A stretch of DNA of 64,000 bases, taken from contig CAWVVV010000001.1 in NCBI GenBank assembly GCA_963933835.1, forward strand, positions 32,001 to 96,000, given 5' to 3'. Below, piece after piece: positions 29,982 to 40,943 of this stretch (the first letter of the stretch is position 1; each line of letters starts with the position of its first letter). The DNA is from an uncultured Puniceicoccaceae bacterium (lineage in GTDB: Bacteria > Verrucomicrobiota > Verrucomicrobiia > Opitutales > Oceanipulchritudinaceae). The notes under the pieces are model-generated. The model was not told the origin of the DNA and did not search any database. It saw nothing but the letters and a program-made list of their open reading frames with translations. Both the position numbers and the translations under genes were made by a program.

Positions 29982-31691
29982 ATGGCAGACCTACCTCGCC
30001 CACATTCTTCTGTTGTCGTCGACGGCGACGACCGCGCCCCCGCTCGCTCAATGCTTCGCGCCACTGGCTTCGAAGATGAGGATTTTAAAAAGCCGCAGAT
30101 CGGTGTCGTTAGCACTTGGAGCGATCTCACGCCCTGCAATATGCACATCGACGAGCTCGCAAGCGCAGCCCAAGACGGCATCAATCAAAACGGCGGCAAA
30201 GCCGTCACCTTCGGGACTATCACAGTCTCGGATGGCATTTCGATGGGAACCAAGGGCATGCGCTACAGTCTCGTCTCCCGTGAGGTCATTGCCGATTCCG
30301 TCGAAACGGTTGTCGCAGCAGAAGGCTTCGATGGCCTCGTTGCGATCGGTGGATGTGATAAAAATATGCCCGGCTGTATGATCGCCATCGCACGCCTAAA
30401 TCGCCCTGCAGTCTTTGTCTACGGTGGTAGTATTCTTCCCGGCTTCACAAAGAACGACACGAAGGAGGAGAAGCCGATGGACATCGTTTCGGTCTTTGAA
30501 GCAGTCGGGCAACATGCCAAGGGACAGCTTACCGACGAAGGTCTCAAAGAAGTCGAAAAGTGTGCGATTCCGGGAGCCGGATCCTGTGGTGGCATGTATA
30601 CCGCCAACTCGATGGCGAGCGCGATTGAAGCCCTTGGGATGAGTCTCCCAGGCAGCAGTGCGCAACTTGCGATCAGCAAAGACAAACGCCTCGACTGTGA
30701 AAACGCGGGCAAGGCCGTCCTCAAGATGCTCGAGCTCGGCATCACTCCCCGCGACATTCTAACCCGGGAAGCCTTCGAAAACGCTATTATCATCTGCATC
30801 GCCTTAGGTGGTTCGACGAATCTCGTCCTTCACCTCCTCGCGATCGCACATGCTGCTGAGGTCGAGCTTTCGATCGACGACTTTGCGGTGCTCGGATCAA
30901 AGGTGCCTCTCCTCTGCGACGTGAAACCCTTTGGCAAATACAACATGAGCCACCTCATCCGCATTGGTGGCATTCGCCCTATGATGAAGATACTTCTGGA
31001 TAAGGGCCTCCTTCACGGCGACTGCATGACCTGCACCGGCCAGACACTCGCCGAATCCCTCGATGGCGTTGGACCCTATCCGGAGTTTCCCGCAAAGCAG
31101 GACATCGTGCGCCCATGGGACGACCCCATTAAGTCCGAGTCCCACCTGCGCATCCTCCGCGGCAACTTGGCTCCCGGCGGAGCAGTGGGCAAGATCACCG
31201 GGAAAGAAGGACTCTACTTCAAAGGCGTCGCTAAAGTTTACGAAGGCGAAGAAGATGCGCTCAAAGGCATTCTGCGCGGCGATGTCGTCGCCGGCGATGT
31301 CGTCGTCATCCGCAACGAAGGCCCTGTCGGTGGTCCTGGAATGCGCGAAATGCTGTCGCCGACCAGCGCGGTCGCGGGGCGTGGACTGATCAAAGAGGTC
31401 GCCCTCATCACCGATGGCAGATTCTCAGGTGGCTCGCATGGCTTTGATGTCGGGCATATCACGCCCGAAGCTGCTTGTGGCGGTGCCATCGGAGTCGTCA
31501 AGAGTGGCGACACGATCGAAATCGACGCAGTCAAGAATACCATTTCTGTTCTCATATCGGACAAAGAACTCGACGAACGCATGGCCTCCTACGTGCCGAA
31601 AGGTCCAGGCGAGAAACGTGGAGTGCTTGGTAAATACGCTAAATTGGCTTCGACCGCGAGCGAAGGTGGTGTGACCGACAAAGGGCTTTGA
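29982..31691 (+). CDS. ilvD: Dihydroxy-acid dehydratase
   Basis: TPCNMH, GGCDKNMPG, CGGMYTAN, GPGMREML, TDGRFSGG. Confidence 0.97.
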   Translation: MADLPRPHSSVVVDGDDRAPARSMLRATGFEDEDFKKPQIGVVSTWSDLTPCNMHIDELASAAQDGINQNGGKAVTFGTITVSDGISMGTKGMRYSLVSREVIADSVETVVAAEGFDGLVAIGGCDKNMPGCMIAIARLNRPAVFVYGGSILPGFTKNDTKEEKPMDIVSVFEAVGQHAKGQLTDEGLKEVEKCAIPGAGSCGGMYTANSMASAIEALGMSLPGSSAQLAISKDKRLDCENAGKAVLKMLELGITPRDILTREAFENAIIICIALGGSTNLVLHLLAIAHAAEVELSIDDFAVLGSKVPLLCDVKPFGKYNMSHLIRIGGIRPMMKILLDKGLLHGDCMTCTGQTLAESLDGVGPYPEFPAKQDIVRPWDDPIKSESHLRILRGNLAPGGAVGKITGKEGLYFKGVAKVYEGEEDALKGILRGDVVAGDVVVIRNEGPVGGPGMREMLSPTSAVAGRGLIKEVALITDGRFSGGSHGFDVGHITPEAACGGAIGVVKSGDTIEIDAVKNTISVLISDKELDERMASYVPKGPGEKRGVLGKYAKLASTASEGGVTDKGL

Positions 31692-31787
31692 CCACCGCAA
31701 ACGCGCGCAGCTCAGGAATTGCCGGTGTTTGACACCCTACTGACCGATTTACTAATACATAAGACGTAGACAGTTACGACTCCCCCC

Positions 31788-32499
31788 ATGCTTCGAATAC
31801 TCCCAGCCCTCGTTTTAATTCTAATCCCTGCACTTCTCGCAGCCCAAGAGCGTGACTTGAAATGGGTTCTCGACCGCTATGTCGATGCCGCCGGTGGTCG
31901 AGCAAACCTCAACGATTTGAAGTCCATTGTCATCGAGGGCACGCTGACCGTTGATGATCAAAACTCGGTCAGGATCAAAGTGATGAAAAAGCGGTCGAAT
32001 TTCGTGCGGCAGGTCATGGATCACAAGGATAATCGCCGCGTCGTTGTGGCATACAACGGTGACACTGTATGGCAGTTAAACTCAGATCGAAGAAATGAAC
32101 AGTTTCGCACCCTCGATGCAAAAGACGCGGCCGATTTCATTCGTGAATCACCCCTTGAAAACCCCCTCGCTGCTGAGGGATTAGACAAATCTCAGTTCAG
32201 CTACAAAGGCATTGAGGTCATCGAAGACGAAAGTGCATGTCATCGTATCACGGTGACATATCTGGACGGAACGGACTTTTCTTGAAACGAAGACGATAAA
32301 TACCATCACAAAACCGGACGGATCCGTCGTCATAACTGAAACATATCCTAGCGATTTTCAGTTTATCAGAGGCGTTCTTTTTGCCCAGCGATTGGTTATC
32401 AATAGGGACGACGGCTATTCCAGCGTCCTTACGATCGATGAAATTCGGATCAATCCGGGCGTGCCTTCAAGCCTATTCAATCCGCCACATGGCTATTAA
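31788..32499 (+). pseudogene. Exported LolA-like / lipoprotein-sorting family protein, frameshifted near 32275
   Basis: Signal peptide, VLDRYVDAAGG, YNGDTVW; continues in the +1 frame as TFLETKTINT...YPSDFQFIRGVLFA...IRINPGVPSSLFNPPHGY*. Confidence 0.7.
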
Positions 32500-34061
32500 T
32501 CGGCTTGAACTTTACGGCCGAAATTTTCGAACAATCGGGCCTGTAATTCCTTAAGCTCTGGAACACCCAAGAGGTGGAGACCACCGAGATAGGTTAAAGC
32601 GCCGAGTGGAATCCCGAGGAGGACAAGCAGGACCGCCGTCGGCTTAGCACTCAACTCAAGCAAGAGGATGAGCCGCCATGACCCAAGCACGACAGCGGCC
32701 ATCAACGCACACGCTACCGCCATCTTGGCCAAGCCCCAAACACTCTGCTTTGTTACGCCAACGACACCGCGCTTCCACAGCGCAGCTTCAAGCAAGAGTG
32801 CGACCACGACTGAGGCGGCCAAATTAGCGACCGCCAAACCAACTACGCCCCAATACCGCATCAGCCAAAGACCGAGGACAAGATTGATCACGACATTCAC
32901 TCCCGCGACACGCATGGGAAGTTTCATTTTCTTCCACGAGTGAAGCCCACGGGTGGCCAGCATTGTCCAGCTAAAGAAGGGCATCGAGATTGCAAGAATC
33001 TGTAGTGGTAAAACAGTACGCAGGACCGAGCGCGAATCAAAGAGACCCCACTCAAAGAGCGTAATCAAAATTGGCTCAGCTAAGACAAAGAGTCCAACAG
33101 CGGCTGGCAGAGTGATCAAAAAAATAGCCGTCCGGCCTTGTTCATAGGCGGAACGAAAATCACTTTCATCTTTCTGGGCAACGGCCCGCGCAAGGCGCGG
33201 AAAAGCGACCGTTGTAATCGCAACCGCAAAGACGCCGTAAGGCAGCTCAACGAGCCGATTCGCGAGATATAAAATCGAAGTAGCAGCATCATCGATGGAG
33301 AGCGCTAGCAAGCGCGCGATAAGAAGATTTACCTGTAAAATCGCCGCACCGGCCATCCCCGGAAGGAGCAAGCGCCAAACCTCTGTGAGCGATTCGTCAC
33401 GCGAGCCATCGAGACGTGGTGTCCAACCTTCTCGGCGCAGGGCAAAGGCAGGAATGATATACTGCAAGAAGCCCCCCAGAAGCACCGCAACACAGAGTAA
33501 GACCAAGCGTGCATAGACCGAGCCCGGCATCAGCCAAAGACCAAGCCCTATCGCCACGATCATTACGATATTGAGCCAAACCGAACCCAAGGCAGGGATC
33601 ATAAATCGCTGCAAGATATTGAGCTGAGCTCCAACGATCGCACCCGCACAGACAAAGATACAGTAGGGCAAAAGCAGCGCTCCCAAGCGCTCTGCAAGCA
33701 GCCAGCGCAAGCTCACGCCTGGCACCAGCGACAGGGCAATGAGCAATCCAATTCCTAGAATGCTGAAGAACAACAGAGCGAGAAAGAGCCGACTTAAAAC
33801 CCGATTCAGGGTATCGAAAGAAGCTGCCTTCCCTCCGCTCTCAAGTCGTTCCGAAAGCACAGGGATCACTGCTGAAGTTAACGCCCCCTCGCCGACCAAG
33901 CGACGCAGAAGGTTCGGCAGCGTAAACGCTACTAAGTAGGCGGAGAGATAAGGCCCCGCTCCAAACCCTGCGAACATCAGAACATCCCGCGCTAGGCCAA
34001 GGATCCGCGACAACACTGTCGCACTGGCAAATCCACCTACCTGCTTGAGGGCCTTACTCAT
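32496..34061 (-). CDS. murJ: Lipid II flippase MurJ (MviN)
   Basis: SRILGLARD, AFTLPNLLRRLVGEGAL, ANRLVELPYG. Confidence 0.95.
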   Translation of the reverse strand: MSKALKQVGGFASATVLSRILGLARDVLMFAGFGAGPYLSAYLVAFTLPNLLRRLVGEGALTSAVIPVLSERLESGGKAASFDTLNRVLSRLFLALLFFSILGIGLLIALSLVPGVSLRWLLAERLGALLLPYCIFVCAGAIVGAQLNILQRFMIPALGSVWLNIVMIVAIGLGLWLMPGSVYARLVLLCVAVLLGGFLQYIIPAFALRREGWTPRLDGSRDESLTEVWRLLLPGMAGAAILQVNLLIARLLALSIDDAATSILYLANRLVELPYGVFAVAITTVAFPRLARAVAQKDESDFRSAYEQGRTAIFLITLPAAVGLFVLAEPILITLFEWGLFDSRSVLRTVLPLQILAISMPFFSWTMLATRGLHSWKKMKLPMRVAGVNVVINLVLGLWLMRYWGVVGLAVANLAASVVVALLLEAALWKRGVVGVTKQSVWGLAKMAVACALMAAVVLGSWRLILLLELSAKPTAVLLVLLGIPLGALTYLGGLHLLGVPELKELQARLFENFGRKVQAD

Positions 34062-34134
34062 TCATCAAGAGAAGATCATTCACCGAGAGAAACTCCAAGC
34101 ACTATGAATCGAACGTTTCCCGAGATTAACTGGA

Positions 34135-35133
34135 TCAAAAGAAAAATGCTTCAGCGAGGACTTGCACATCACCGACAGGCTCAAGGTGAACCGGTTGGCT
34201 AACACTTACGGTAGGAAATTCGGCTTTAAACAAACCTACCTTCGTCGTGTTATTATAAGACCAAATCAGCGATTTACTTTCGTCCGCATACGTAAAGCGG
34301 AGGATGATACTGCCTTCAGATGTTTCTGGAATGAGGGCGCTACCGACCTCAATCACGTTCTCCAGCTTCGCTACCTTGAAGCAGCGTTCCAGCGCTCTGC
34401 CGACCCATTGAACAAGAACGTGCGCTTCTGCCTTCAGCGCATCAACCGATTCGATTTGAACACTTTCCAATCCTTCGACGAGCTCAACAGGTTGAAAAGC
34501 GCTAACGAGTTGTCCTATCGTTTGTCGAATCCGCAAGAGACGAGCGTAGGTGATGTCGTGCACTCGGCGACATGACAATCCGTCAAATCCATCTGAAGCA
34601 TCGGCCTCAATGCTCCGATCGTAAACAACTCTGCGAGCAAGCTTTAGTATCGTGCCAAAATTTGCTTCAACAACGGTGGGCTCCATACGGTGTATCCAGT
34701 AGTGGACAGGAAGGTCAGTTTCGAGCCAAAGCGAGCACTGCACAGCGACGAGTTCATCCAATCCCTTGGGATAGCTAAGCATGAGGGCTTCACAACAGCA
34801 TAGGTCTCGAAAGTTCTTTCCCAGATAACACTGACTGAACAGCTTCCCTTGAAGTTCACCGCCCTCACCTTCGCCATCATCGCGTTCAGACAACACAATA
34901 ATTCGGCAGGGGTAGACCTGCCCAAAAGCGATCGCTTGATCAAAACATGCTTTCGCTTCCTCAACCGGTGTTTTAGAGCCGAAGTGGAGAAAAAGATTCA
35001 TCTGCCAGGCTCGGAAGTCCGAAGACTGGCCACCGTCTGCCGTCGCTAGTTCTTCCCACATCTGACCCGTCTGGACCGTCAGCTCACTCACGCTCATTTC
35101 CAAGCCGGGCAACGCATGTATAAGTGCACTCAT
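34135..35133 (-). CDS. opcA: Glucose-6-phosphate dehydrogenase assembly protein OpcA
   Basis: PCRIIVL, CCCE, DLPVHYW, DITYARL; directly downstream of zwf. Confidence 0.8.
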   Translation of the reverse strand: MSALIHALPGLEMSVSELTVQTGQMWEELATADGGQSSDFRAWQMNLFLHFGSKTPVEEAKACFDQAIAFGQVYPCRIIVLSERDDGEGEGGELQGKLFSQCYLGKNFRDLCCCEALMLSYPKGLDELVAVQCSLWLETDLPVHYWIHRMEPTVVEANFGTILKLARRVVYDRSIEADASDGFDGLSCRRVHDITYARLLRIRQTIGQLVSAFQPVELVEGLESVQIESVDALKAEAHVLVQWVGRALERCFKVAKLENVIEVGSALIPETSEGSIILRFTYADESKSLIWSYNNTTKVGLFKAEFPTVSVSQPVHLEPVGDVQVLAEAFFF

Positions 35134-35161
35134 AGGAAAGTCTTCACTGCAAATTATTCGA

Positions 35162-36703
35162 TTAGATACTGCGCCACTGATGACGTTGACGCCAGAGCAT
35201 ACGCTCCGACTCAGGCGGTCCCCACGTTCCAGCCGCATAGTCGGCCACGCCGCGCTGCCCGCACTCTTTCCAGTGATCGAGCACAGGCGTAATGAGTTTC
35301 CAAGACGCCTCCGTTTCATCACCACGAATAAAGAGGGTCGAGTCCCCTACCATACAGTCGAGAATCAGGCGCTCATAGGCCTCAGGCGTATTTGACCCAA
35401 AGGTCGTTGCATAACGGAAGTGCATCTTCACCAGCTGCGTCCGTGTCTCCAAACCCGGAACCTTCGAGTTCGTCAAAAGAGTCATACCCTCGTCCGGCTG
35501 GACCTGAATGACCAATTGATTTGAAGCGATATCAAATTGTTTGCTTCCACTGAATAAAATCCCCGGCGGACGCTTAAACTGTATCGAAATTTCCGATACA
35601 CGCTTCGGCATACATTTACCCGAGCGCATATAGAAAGGAACCCCCTGCCAGCGCCAGTTATTGATCTGGAGAGCGAGTGCCGCATAGGTCTCAGTCGCAG
35701 AATCGGCAGGAATGCCTTCTTCTTGGAGATAACCCTTCGCTTTTTCGCCGTCGAGAAGTCCGGCCGTATATCGACCGCGGACAACATCTGTATTTTCGTC
35801 GAGAGATAGATTGAGTGGTTGTATGCCCTTTAACACCTTCACCTTCTCATCGCGGATCGATTCGGGATCGAGCGAGACAGGCGTCTCCATCGCGATGAGG
35901 GCAAGCAGCTGCATGGTGTGGTTTTGCAGCATATCCCGCATCGCACCCGACTTGTCATAATAACCACCACGGCTCCCCACGCTAACGGATTCCGCAACCG
36001 TGATCTGAACGCTCTCAACGTATTCGCGGTTCCAGATTGGCTCAAAAATCGAGTTAGCAAAACGCGCTACGAGAAGGTTTTGCACCGTCTCTTTACCGAG
36101 GTAGTGATCGATGCGGTAAACCTGTGATTCATCAAAATGCTGCGTGAGCGTCTTGTTCAGCGCCTGCGCTGACTCGAGGTCGTGACCGAAGGGTTTCTCG
36201 ATGATGATCTTAGCGCGCTGATCTTGTGAGGAATGCGCCGCCAGACCACACTTGCCCAGGTTGACAACGATATCGCTGAAGACACTCGGCGGGGTTGAAA
36301 CATAGAATACGAGTTGAAAAGGATGGTGCGCAGAGGCCTCCATCTCAGCAATTTTCTCTGCTAGGGCCTTAAAGGCTTTGGGGTCATCGTAGCCGCCAGC
36401 TTGATAAGTGATGTTGTTTTCGAGGTTACCCCAGACGTCGTCGTCAAGCTTGCGACGGGAAAAGGTCTCAACCGCTTCTTTAGCCGATTTGCGGAACGCT
36501 TCGTCAGGAACCGGCTTCCTACCGTATCCAATAAGGCGAAAATCAGCTGGCAGGAGATTGTCTAAGCCTAGGTTAAACAGGGCTGGAACAAGTTTGCGCG
36601 CGGTCAAATCGCCCGAAGCCCCGAAAATCACAAGAATCGTAGAAGGAGCACCGCGGTGCTTACTCAAACCATCAAGAAAAGGATGTCGGGCGTCAGTGGA
36701 CAT
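35162..36703 (-). CDS. zwf: Glucose-6-phosphate 1-dehydrogenase
   Basis: GASGDLTARK, EKPFG, RIDHYLGKE. Confidence 0.97.
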   Translation of the reverse strand: MSTDARHPFLDGLSKHRGAPSTILVIFGASGDLTARKLVPALFNLGLDNLLPADFRLIGYGRKPVPDEAFRKSAKEAVETFSRRKLDDDVWGNLENNITYQAGGYDDPKAFKALAEKIAEMEASAHHPFQLVFYVSTPPSVFSDIVVNLGKCGLAAHSSQDQRAKIIIEKPFGHDLESAQALNKTLTQHFDESQVYRIDHYLGKETVQNLLVARFANSIFEPIWNREYVESVQITVAESVSVGSRGGYYDKSGAMRDMLQNHTMQLLALIAMETPVSLDPESIRDEKVKVLKGIQPLNLSLDENTDVVRGRYTAGLLDGEKAKGYLQEEGIPADSATETYAALALQINNWRWQGVPFYMRSGKCMPKRVSEISIQFKRPPGILFSGSKQFDIASNQLVIQVQPDEGMTLLTNSKVPGLETRTQLVKMHFRYATTFGSNTPEAYERLILDCMVGDSTLFIRGDETEASWKLITPVLDHWKECGQRGVADYAAGTWGPPESERMLWRQRHQWRSI

Positions 36704-36880
36704 AAGGAATACAAGACCCTCCACCACTAGTTAAAGGCAAGACCGAAACAATTCAAAGACCGAGCCAGAATCATGAGATTAAGTCATCTTTAAGGCCTCC
36801 AAAGAGGGACAAAATGGAGGAGAGAAAATCGTGGCTTGAAGTCATCTGCGAAGAGCACGAAGTATTCATACGCCGCCGCT

Positions 36881-37747
36881 ATGTTTCACACCCTACATTC
36901 TGAAGATCTCTCCGCCACCGTCTCAAGTCTCGGAGCCGAGCTCAAATCACTCAAGTCCCTGTCCACCGGAGAGGAGTTCATCTGGCAAGATGAGCCGAGC
37001 ATCTGGCCCAACAGCGCGCCCATTCTCTTTCCTATCGTAGGCCGCCTAAAAGACGGTTACTTTATCTATGAAGGCCAGCGCTATGAGATGGATAAGCACG
37101 GTTTCGCGAAGTTTTCCACTTTCGATCTCGTCCGAGAGGAAGCCAATGCAATCAGCTTCGTCCTGCGCTCAAGCGAGGAAACAAAAGCGGTCTTCCCCTT
37201 CGTCTTCGAGCTCGAGGTCAGCTTTCGACTCTTCGCGAACACACTCAGCGTGCGCTACGACGTACGCAACACCGGCGCCGACCCCCTCTTCTTCACGATT
37301 GGCTCGCACCCCGCCTTCACTCTGCCACTGGGAGACAGTTCACTCAGCGATTATTGCCTCCGCTTCGATCAGCCTGAAACCCTTGATCGATATTTCCTGG
37401 AGGATGGCATTCTAACCGAACGCCCAACGAATGATTATTTGCGCGACCAAGATGTCATTCCTCTCAGTGCCTCATTATTCGACAACGATGCCCTTATTTT
37501 TAAGGACATCCGATCGCAGCGCATCTCGATCGAACATCGAGAACGCGGACATCGCCTGACGCTCGATCGCGGAAACTGTCCCCACATGGGCATATGGGCG
37601 AAGTCAGGGGCAGGCTATGTCTGCCTCGAACCTTGGCACAGCTTCGATGAGAACCCTAGCCACGACAACGAACTCGCTAACAAACCGGGCATTCTCCGCT
37701 TGGACGCCAGCGAATGCTTCACAACTAGCTACGGCATTCACCTCTAA
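36881..37747 (+). CDS. Aldose 1-epimerase family protein (LacX-like)
   Basis: APILFPIVGRL, HGFA, IGSHPAF, VCLEPW. Confidence 0.9.
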   Translation: MFHTLHSEDLSATVSSLGAELKSLKSLSTGEEFIWQDEPSIWPNSAPILFPIVGRLKDGYFIYEGQRYEMDKHGFAKFSTFDLVREEANAISFVLRSSEETKAVFPFVFELEVSFRLFANTLSVRYDVRNTGADPLFFTIGSHPAFTLPLGDSSLSDYCLRFDQPETLDRYFLEDGILTERPTNDYLRDQDVIPLSASLFDNDALIFKDIRSQRISIEHRERGHRLTLDRGNCPHMGIWAKSGAGYVCLEPWHSFDENPSHDNELANKPGILRLDASECFTTSYGIHL

Positions 37748-37801
37748 ACCTGCAGCCCTCCCCTTCAGTCCGCCGCCGCAAACAGTCCAACCGCTACGAA
37801 G

Positions 37802-38509
37802 ATGAAACAACTATTCAAAAAACTTATCGGAGAGGCGAACATCGGCCGCCTCAATTTCTTCCGGCGAAAAGACCTTCGAGATTCATGGGGCGGCACCTTC
37901 AATGGACAACGTTTCCGTCAGCGCATATTTTTCGACCTACTCTACGCTTTTCCAATCAAAGCGATCGTCGAAACTGGAACTTTCCTCGGAACGACTACAG
38001 CGCTGTTTGGGGCGACCGGTTTACCGGTTTATACGTGCGAGATTCAAACGCGCTACTTTGCCAACACCCGGATGCGTTTCCGTTTCAACCGGCAAAACAT
38101 CCATCAGTATAGAAACAACTCTCCAGATTTTCTATGCCAACTTGCAGTTGATTCAGCGATTCCAAAGACCGACACGCTCTTCTATCTCGATGCACACTGG
38201 GAAGAAAATCTCCCTCTTCGTGAGGAGGTCGAGATCATCTTCTCGCATTGGGAAAATGCGGTCGTGATCGTAGATGACTTTTGTGTCCCTGATTCCGAAT
38301 ACACCTTCGACGACTATGGACCGAAAAAGCGCCTAGACTTGGACTACCTTAGGCCGATCATGGAAAAACATCAGCTGACGGCCTTCTTCCCGAGCGCAAA
38401 TGCCTCAGAAGAAACAGGAGCCAAGCGTGGCTCTGTCGTTCTCTGCAAAGGCAAAGACGCCCAGAGCATCACTGATTCCTTACAAATACTTCGGCAATTC
38501 GAAGCGTAG
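37802..38509 (+). CDS. Class I SAM-dependent methyltransferase-like protein
   Basis: VETGTFLGTT, TCEI, FYLDAH, VIVDD. Confidence 0.7.
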   Translation: MKQLFKKLIGEANIGRLNFFRRKDLRDSWGGTFNGQRFRQRIFFDLLYAFPIKAIVETGTFLGTTTALFGATGLPVYTCEIQTRYFANTRMRFRFNRQNIHQYRNNSPDFLCQLAVDSAIPKTDTLFYLDAHWEENLPLREEVEIIFSHWENAVVIVDDFCVPDSEYTFDDYGPKKRLDLDYLRPIMEKHQLTAFFPSANASEETGAKRGSVVLCKGKDAQSITDSLQILRQFEA

Positions 38510-38518
38510 GAGGCCTCT

Positions 38519-40114
38519 CTAGATCTTCCTGCGTGCGAGCGCAGCCTTGATGAAGTCGCGAAAGAGCGGATGCGCCTTTCTCGGCTTGGAAAGGAACTCA
38601 GGGTGGAACTGGCAGCCAACAAACCACGGATGCTCCGGCACTTCAACAATCTCGACGAGACCACGCTCGGCATTGTTGCCAGAAATACGCAGCCCTGCCT
38701 CTTCGAGGGCTTTAAGATAGTCGTTGTTAAATTCGTAGCGATGGCGGTGGCGTTCACTCACCGTTGACTGACCATACGCCGTGTGGGCCAATGAGCCTGG
38801 CTCGAGCTCACATGGGCAAGCACCGAGGCGCATCGTTGCACCCTTATCCGTCACTCCCTGCTGCTCAGGCATAAGATCGATCACCGGGTGCGGTGTCTTC
38901 TCGTCAAATTCAGAACTATGGGCGCCTTCTAACCCTGCGACGTTGCGGGCAAATTCGATCACCGCGATTTGCAACCCGAGACAAAGGCCAAAGTAAGGAA
39001 TACCACTCTCACGAGCGAGGCGCGCGGCCTCGATTTTTCCTTCGATCCCACGACGACCAAATCCGCCCGGCACGAGGATGCCGTCGAGCTCGAGTAACTT
39101 AGCGAAGTCGCCATCTTCGAGCTTTTCGGAGTCGAGGCGGTGAATATTTACCCGACAATCGTTCGCGATGCCCGCATGCGTCAGGCTCTCATAGACACTC
39201 TTGTAAGCGTCCTGCAACTCAATGTATTTACCGACGACCCCGATATCAACTTGGTGTTTTGGGAAGCGGAGGATACGCACAACTTCGCTCCACCCGCTCT
39301 CGGTATTTTCCAAATGCTCGAATCCGAAATATTCTAGAACGAGTTGATCAAGACCCTCGTTCTGCAGCATGAGCGGCACCTCGTAAATCGAGGTTTCAAC
39401 GTCTTTCTCCTCAATCACTGCCCTTAACGGCACATTGCAAAAGAGGCTCAGCTTGTGGCGCAGGTCTTTCGGCAGGTCGCGCTCACAGCGGCAAACAAGG
39501 ATGTCCGGCTGGATTCCGATTTCTCGGAGCTTCGCAACCGACTGCTGAGACGGCTTCGTCTTCAGTTCGCCAGCAGCGGTGAGGAACGGCACGAGAGTGA
39601 CATGGAGGAACATCACATCCTTGTGCTCCTTCTCGAGTGAAAATTGACGCATCGCTTCGAGAAACGGTAAACCCTCGATATCGCCGACGGTTCCACCGAT
39701 CTCAGTGATGATGATATCGGCATCACCTGACTCTGCCTCAAAACGGCTCTGAATTTCGTTCGTGACGTGAGGAATGACTTGGATCGTCTGGCCGAGAAAC
39801 TTTCCTTCCCGCTCTTTCTTGAGAATCTCGTGGTAGATCTGGCCCGAAGTCAGGTTGTTCGCCTTCGAGAGTTTCCCACTCGTGAAGCGCTCGTAGTGCC
39901 CAAGGTCGAGATCCGTCTCTGAGCCATCATCGAGGACGTAAACCTCCCCGTGCTGAAACGGGTTCATCGTTCCAGGGTCAACATTCAGGTATGGATCAAA
40001 CTTCTGGATCTTCACCTTCAGACCGCGCTGCTCCAGTAGTGCGCCAAGCGCAGCTGCCGTGAGACCTTTTCCTAGGGATGAAACCACCCCGCCCGTAATA
40101 AAAATGTGTTTCAT
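38519..40114 (-). CDS. pyrG: CTP synthase
   Basis: [33 protein letters not shown]. Confidence 0.98.
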   Translation of the reverse strand: MKHIFITGGVVSSLGKGLTAAALGALLEQRGLKVKIQKFDPYLNVDPGTMNPFQHGEVYVLDDGSETDLDLGHYERFTSGKLSKANNLTSGQIYHEILKKEREGKFLGQTIQVIPHVTNEIQSRFEAESGDADIIITEIGGTVGDIEGLPFLEAMRQFSLEKEHKDVMFLHVTLVPFLTAAGELKTKPSQQSVAKLREIGIQPDILVCRCERDLPKDLRHKLSLFCNVPLRAVIEEKDVETSIYEVPLMLQNEGLDQLVLEYFGFEHLENTESGWSEVVRILRFPKHQVDIGVVGKYIELQDAYKSVYESLTHAGIANDCRVNIHRLDSEKLEDGDFAKLLELDGILVPGGFGRRGIEGKIEAARLARESGIPYFGLCLGLQIAVIEFARNVAGLEGAHSSEFDEKTPHPVIDLMPEQQGVTDKGATMRLGACPCELEPGSLAHTAYGQSTVSERHRHRYEFNNDYLKALEEAGLRISGNNAERGLVEIVEVPEHPWFVGCQFHPEFLSKPRKAHPLFRDFIKAALARRKI

Positions 40115-40310
40115 GTCCGTGATTCGACCCTGACAACTGCAAACGGCAGTCAACTTGAGCCACGGGCGTTTAGAAATCGCTTCAGCCTCGGTAGTGGCAA
40201 GGGAAATTGCATCCACACCTCGAACTTTAGCTATTTAAGCCAAAAAAGAAACAACCCCGAAGAAGCAAAGCTTGCTCTTGTCTAGGCAAACTAGGGACAA
40301 TCCAACCAGT

Positions 40311-40936
40311 ATGAAAAAATACATCGTCGAGTTCATCTGCACCTTCTTCCTCGTTTTCATCATCGGATCCACGGTTATCGATCCTAGCATAGGCGCCTTC
40401 GCTCCGATCGCAATCGGCTTCGGGCTCGTCATTCTCGTCTATGCAGGTGGTCATATTTCTGGTGCACACTACAACCCGGCCGTCACGATCGCCGTGTGGC
40501 TGCGCGGCGCATGCGATAAGAAAGATGTCATACCTTACATCGTTGCCCAAGTAGCGGCCGCGGCTCTGGCAGCCTTTTCGATCATTTTGTTGAAGCCTGC
40601 AATGGCGGGCGCGACGCCTGTTCTCGCAACCGTTCCAGTGCTTGTCGTCGAGGTGCTCTTCACTTTCCTTCTCGCCTATGTGATCCTCACGTCGCAACCG
40701 CCAAAGCGACAGAGGGTAACTCCTACTTTGGACTCGCGATCGGCGGAACACTCATGGTGGGCATTTTCGCCGGCGGTTCAATCTCGGGCGGTGTCTTCAA
40801 TCCTGCCGTTGCTGTGGCGACGTGCCTGATGGGTCTGACCGCGTGGAGCTCCATTTGGATCTATCTCGTAGCCAATTGTGCAGGCGGCGTCCTCGCGGCC
40901 GTCGTCTTCAATCTAGTCAAAAGCGACGAAGACTAG
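40311..40936 (+). pseudogene. MIP family channel (aquaporin), frameshifted at about 40689
   Basis: HISGAHYNPAVT in the first frame and SGGVFNPAV in the second; adding one A (CTC AAC GTC) restores VILNVATAKATEGNSYFGLAIG. Confidence 0.88.
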
Positions 40937-40943
40937 AGCTGGC

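Noticed and set aside
31278..31307. 15-nt tandem duplication in ilvD (GDVVA GDVVV)
   Set aside because: Falls in the normal IlvD GDVVVIR region without changing length
31729..31760. Perfect TTGACA -35 box before the LolA-like gene
   Set aside because: No convincing TAnnnT -10 element at 16-18 nt spacing
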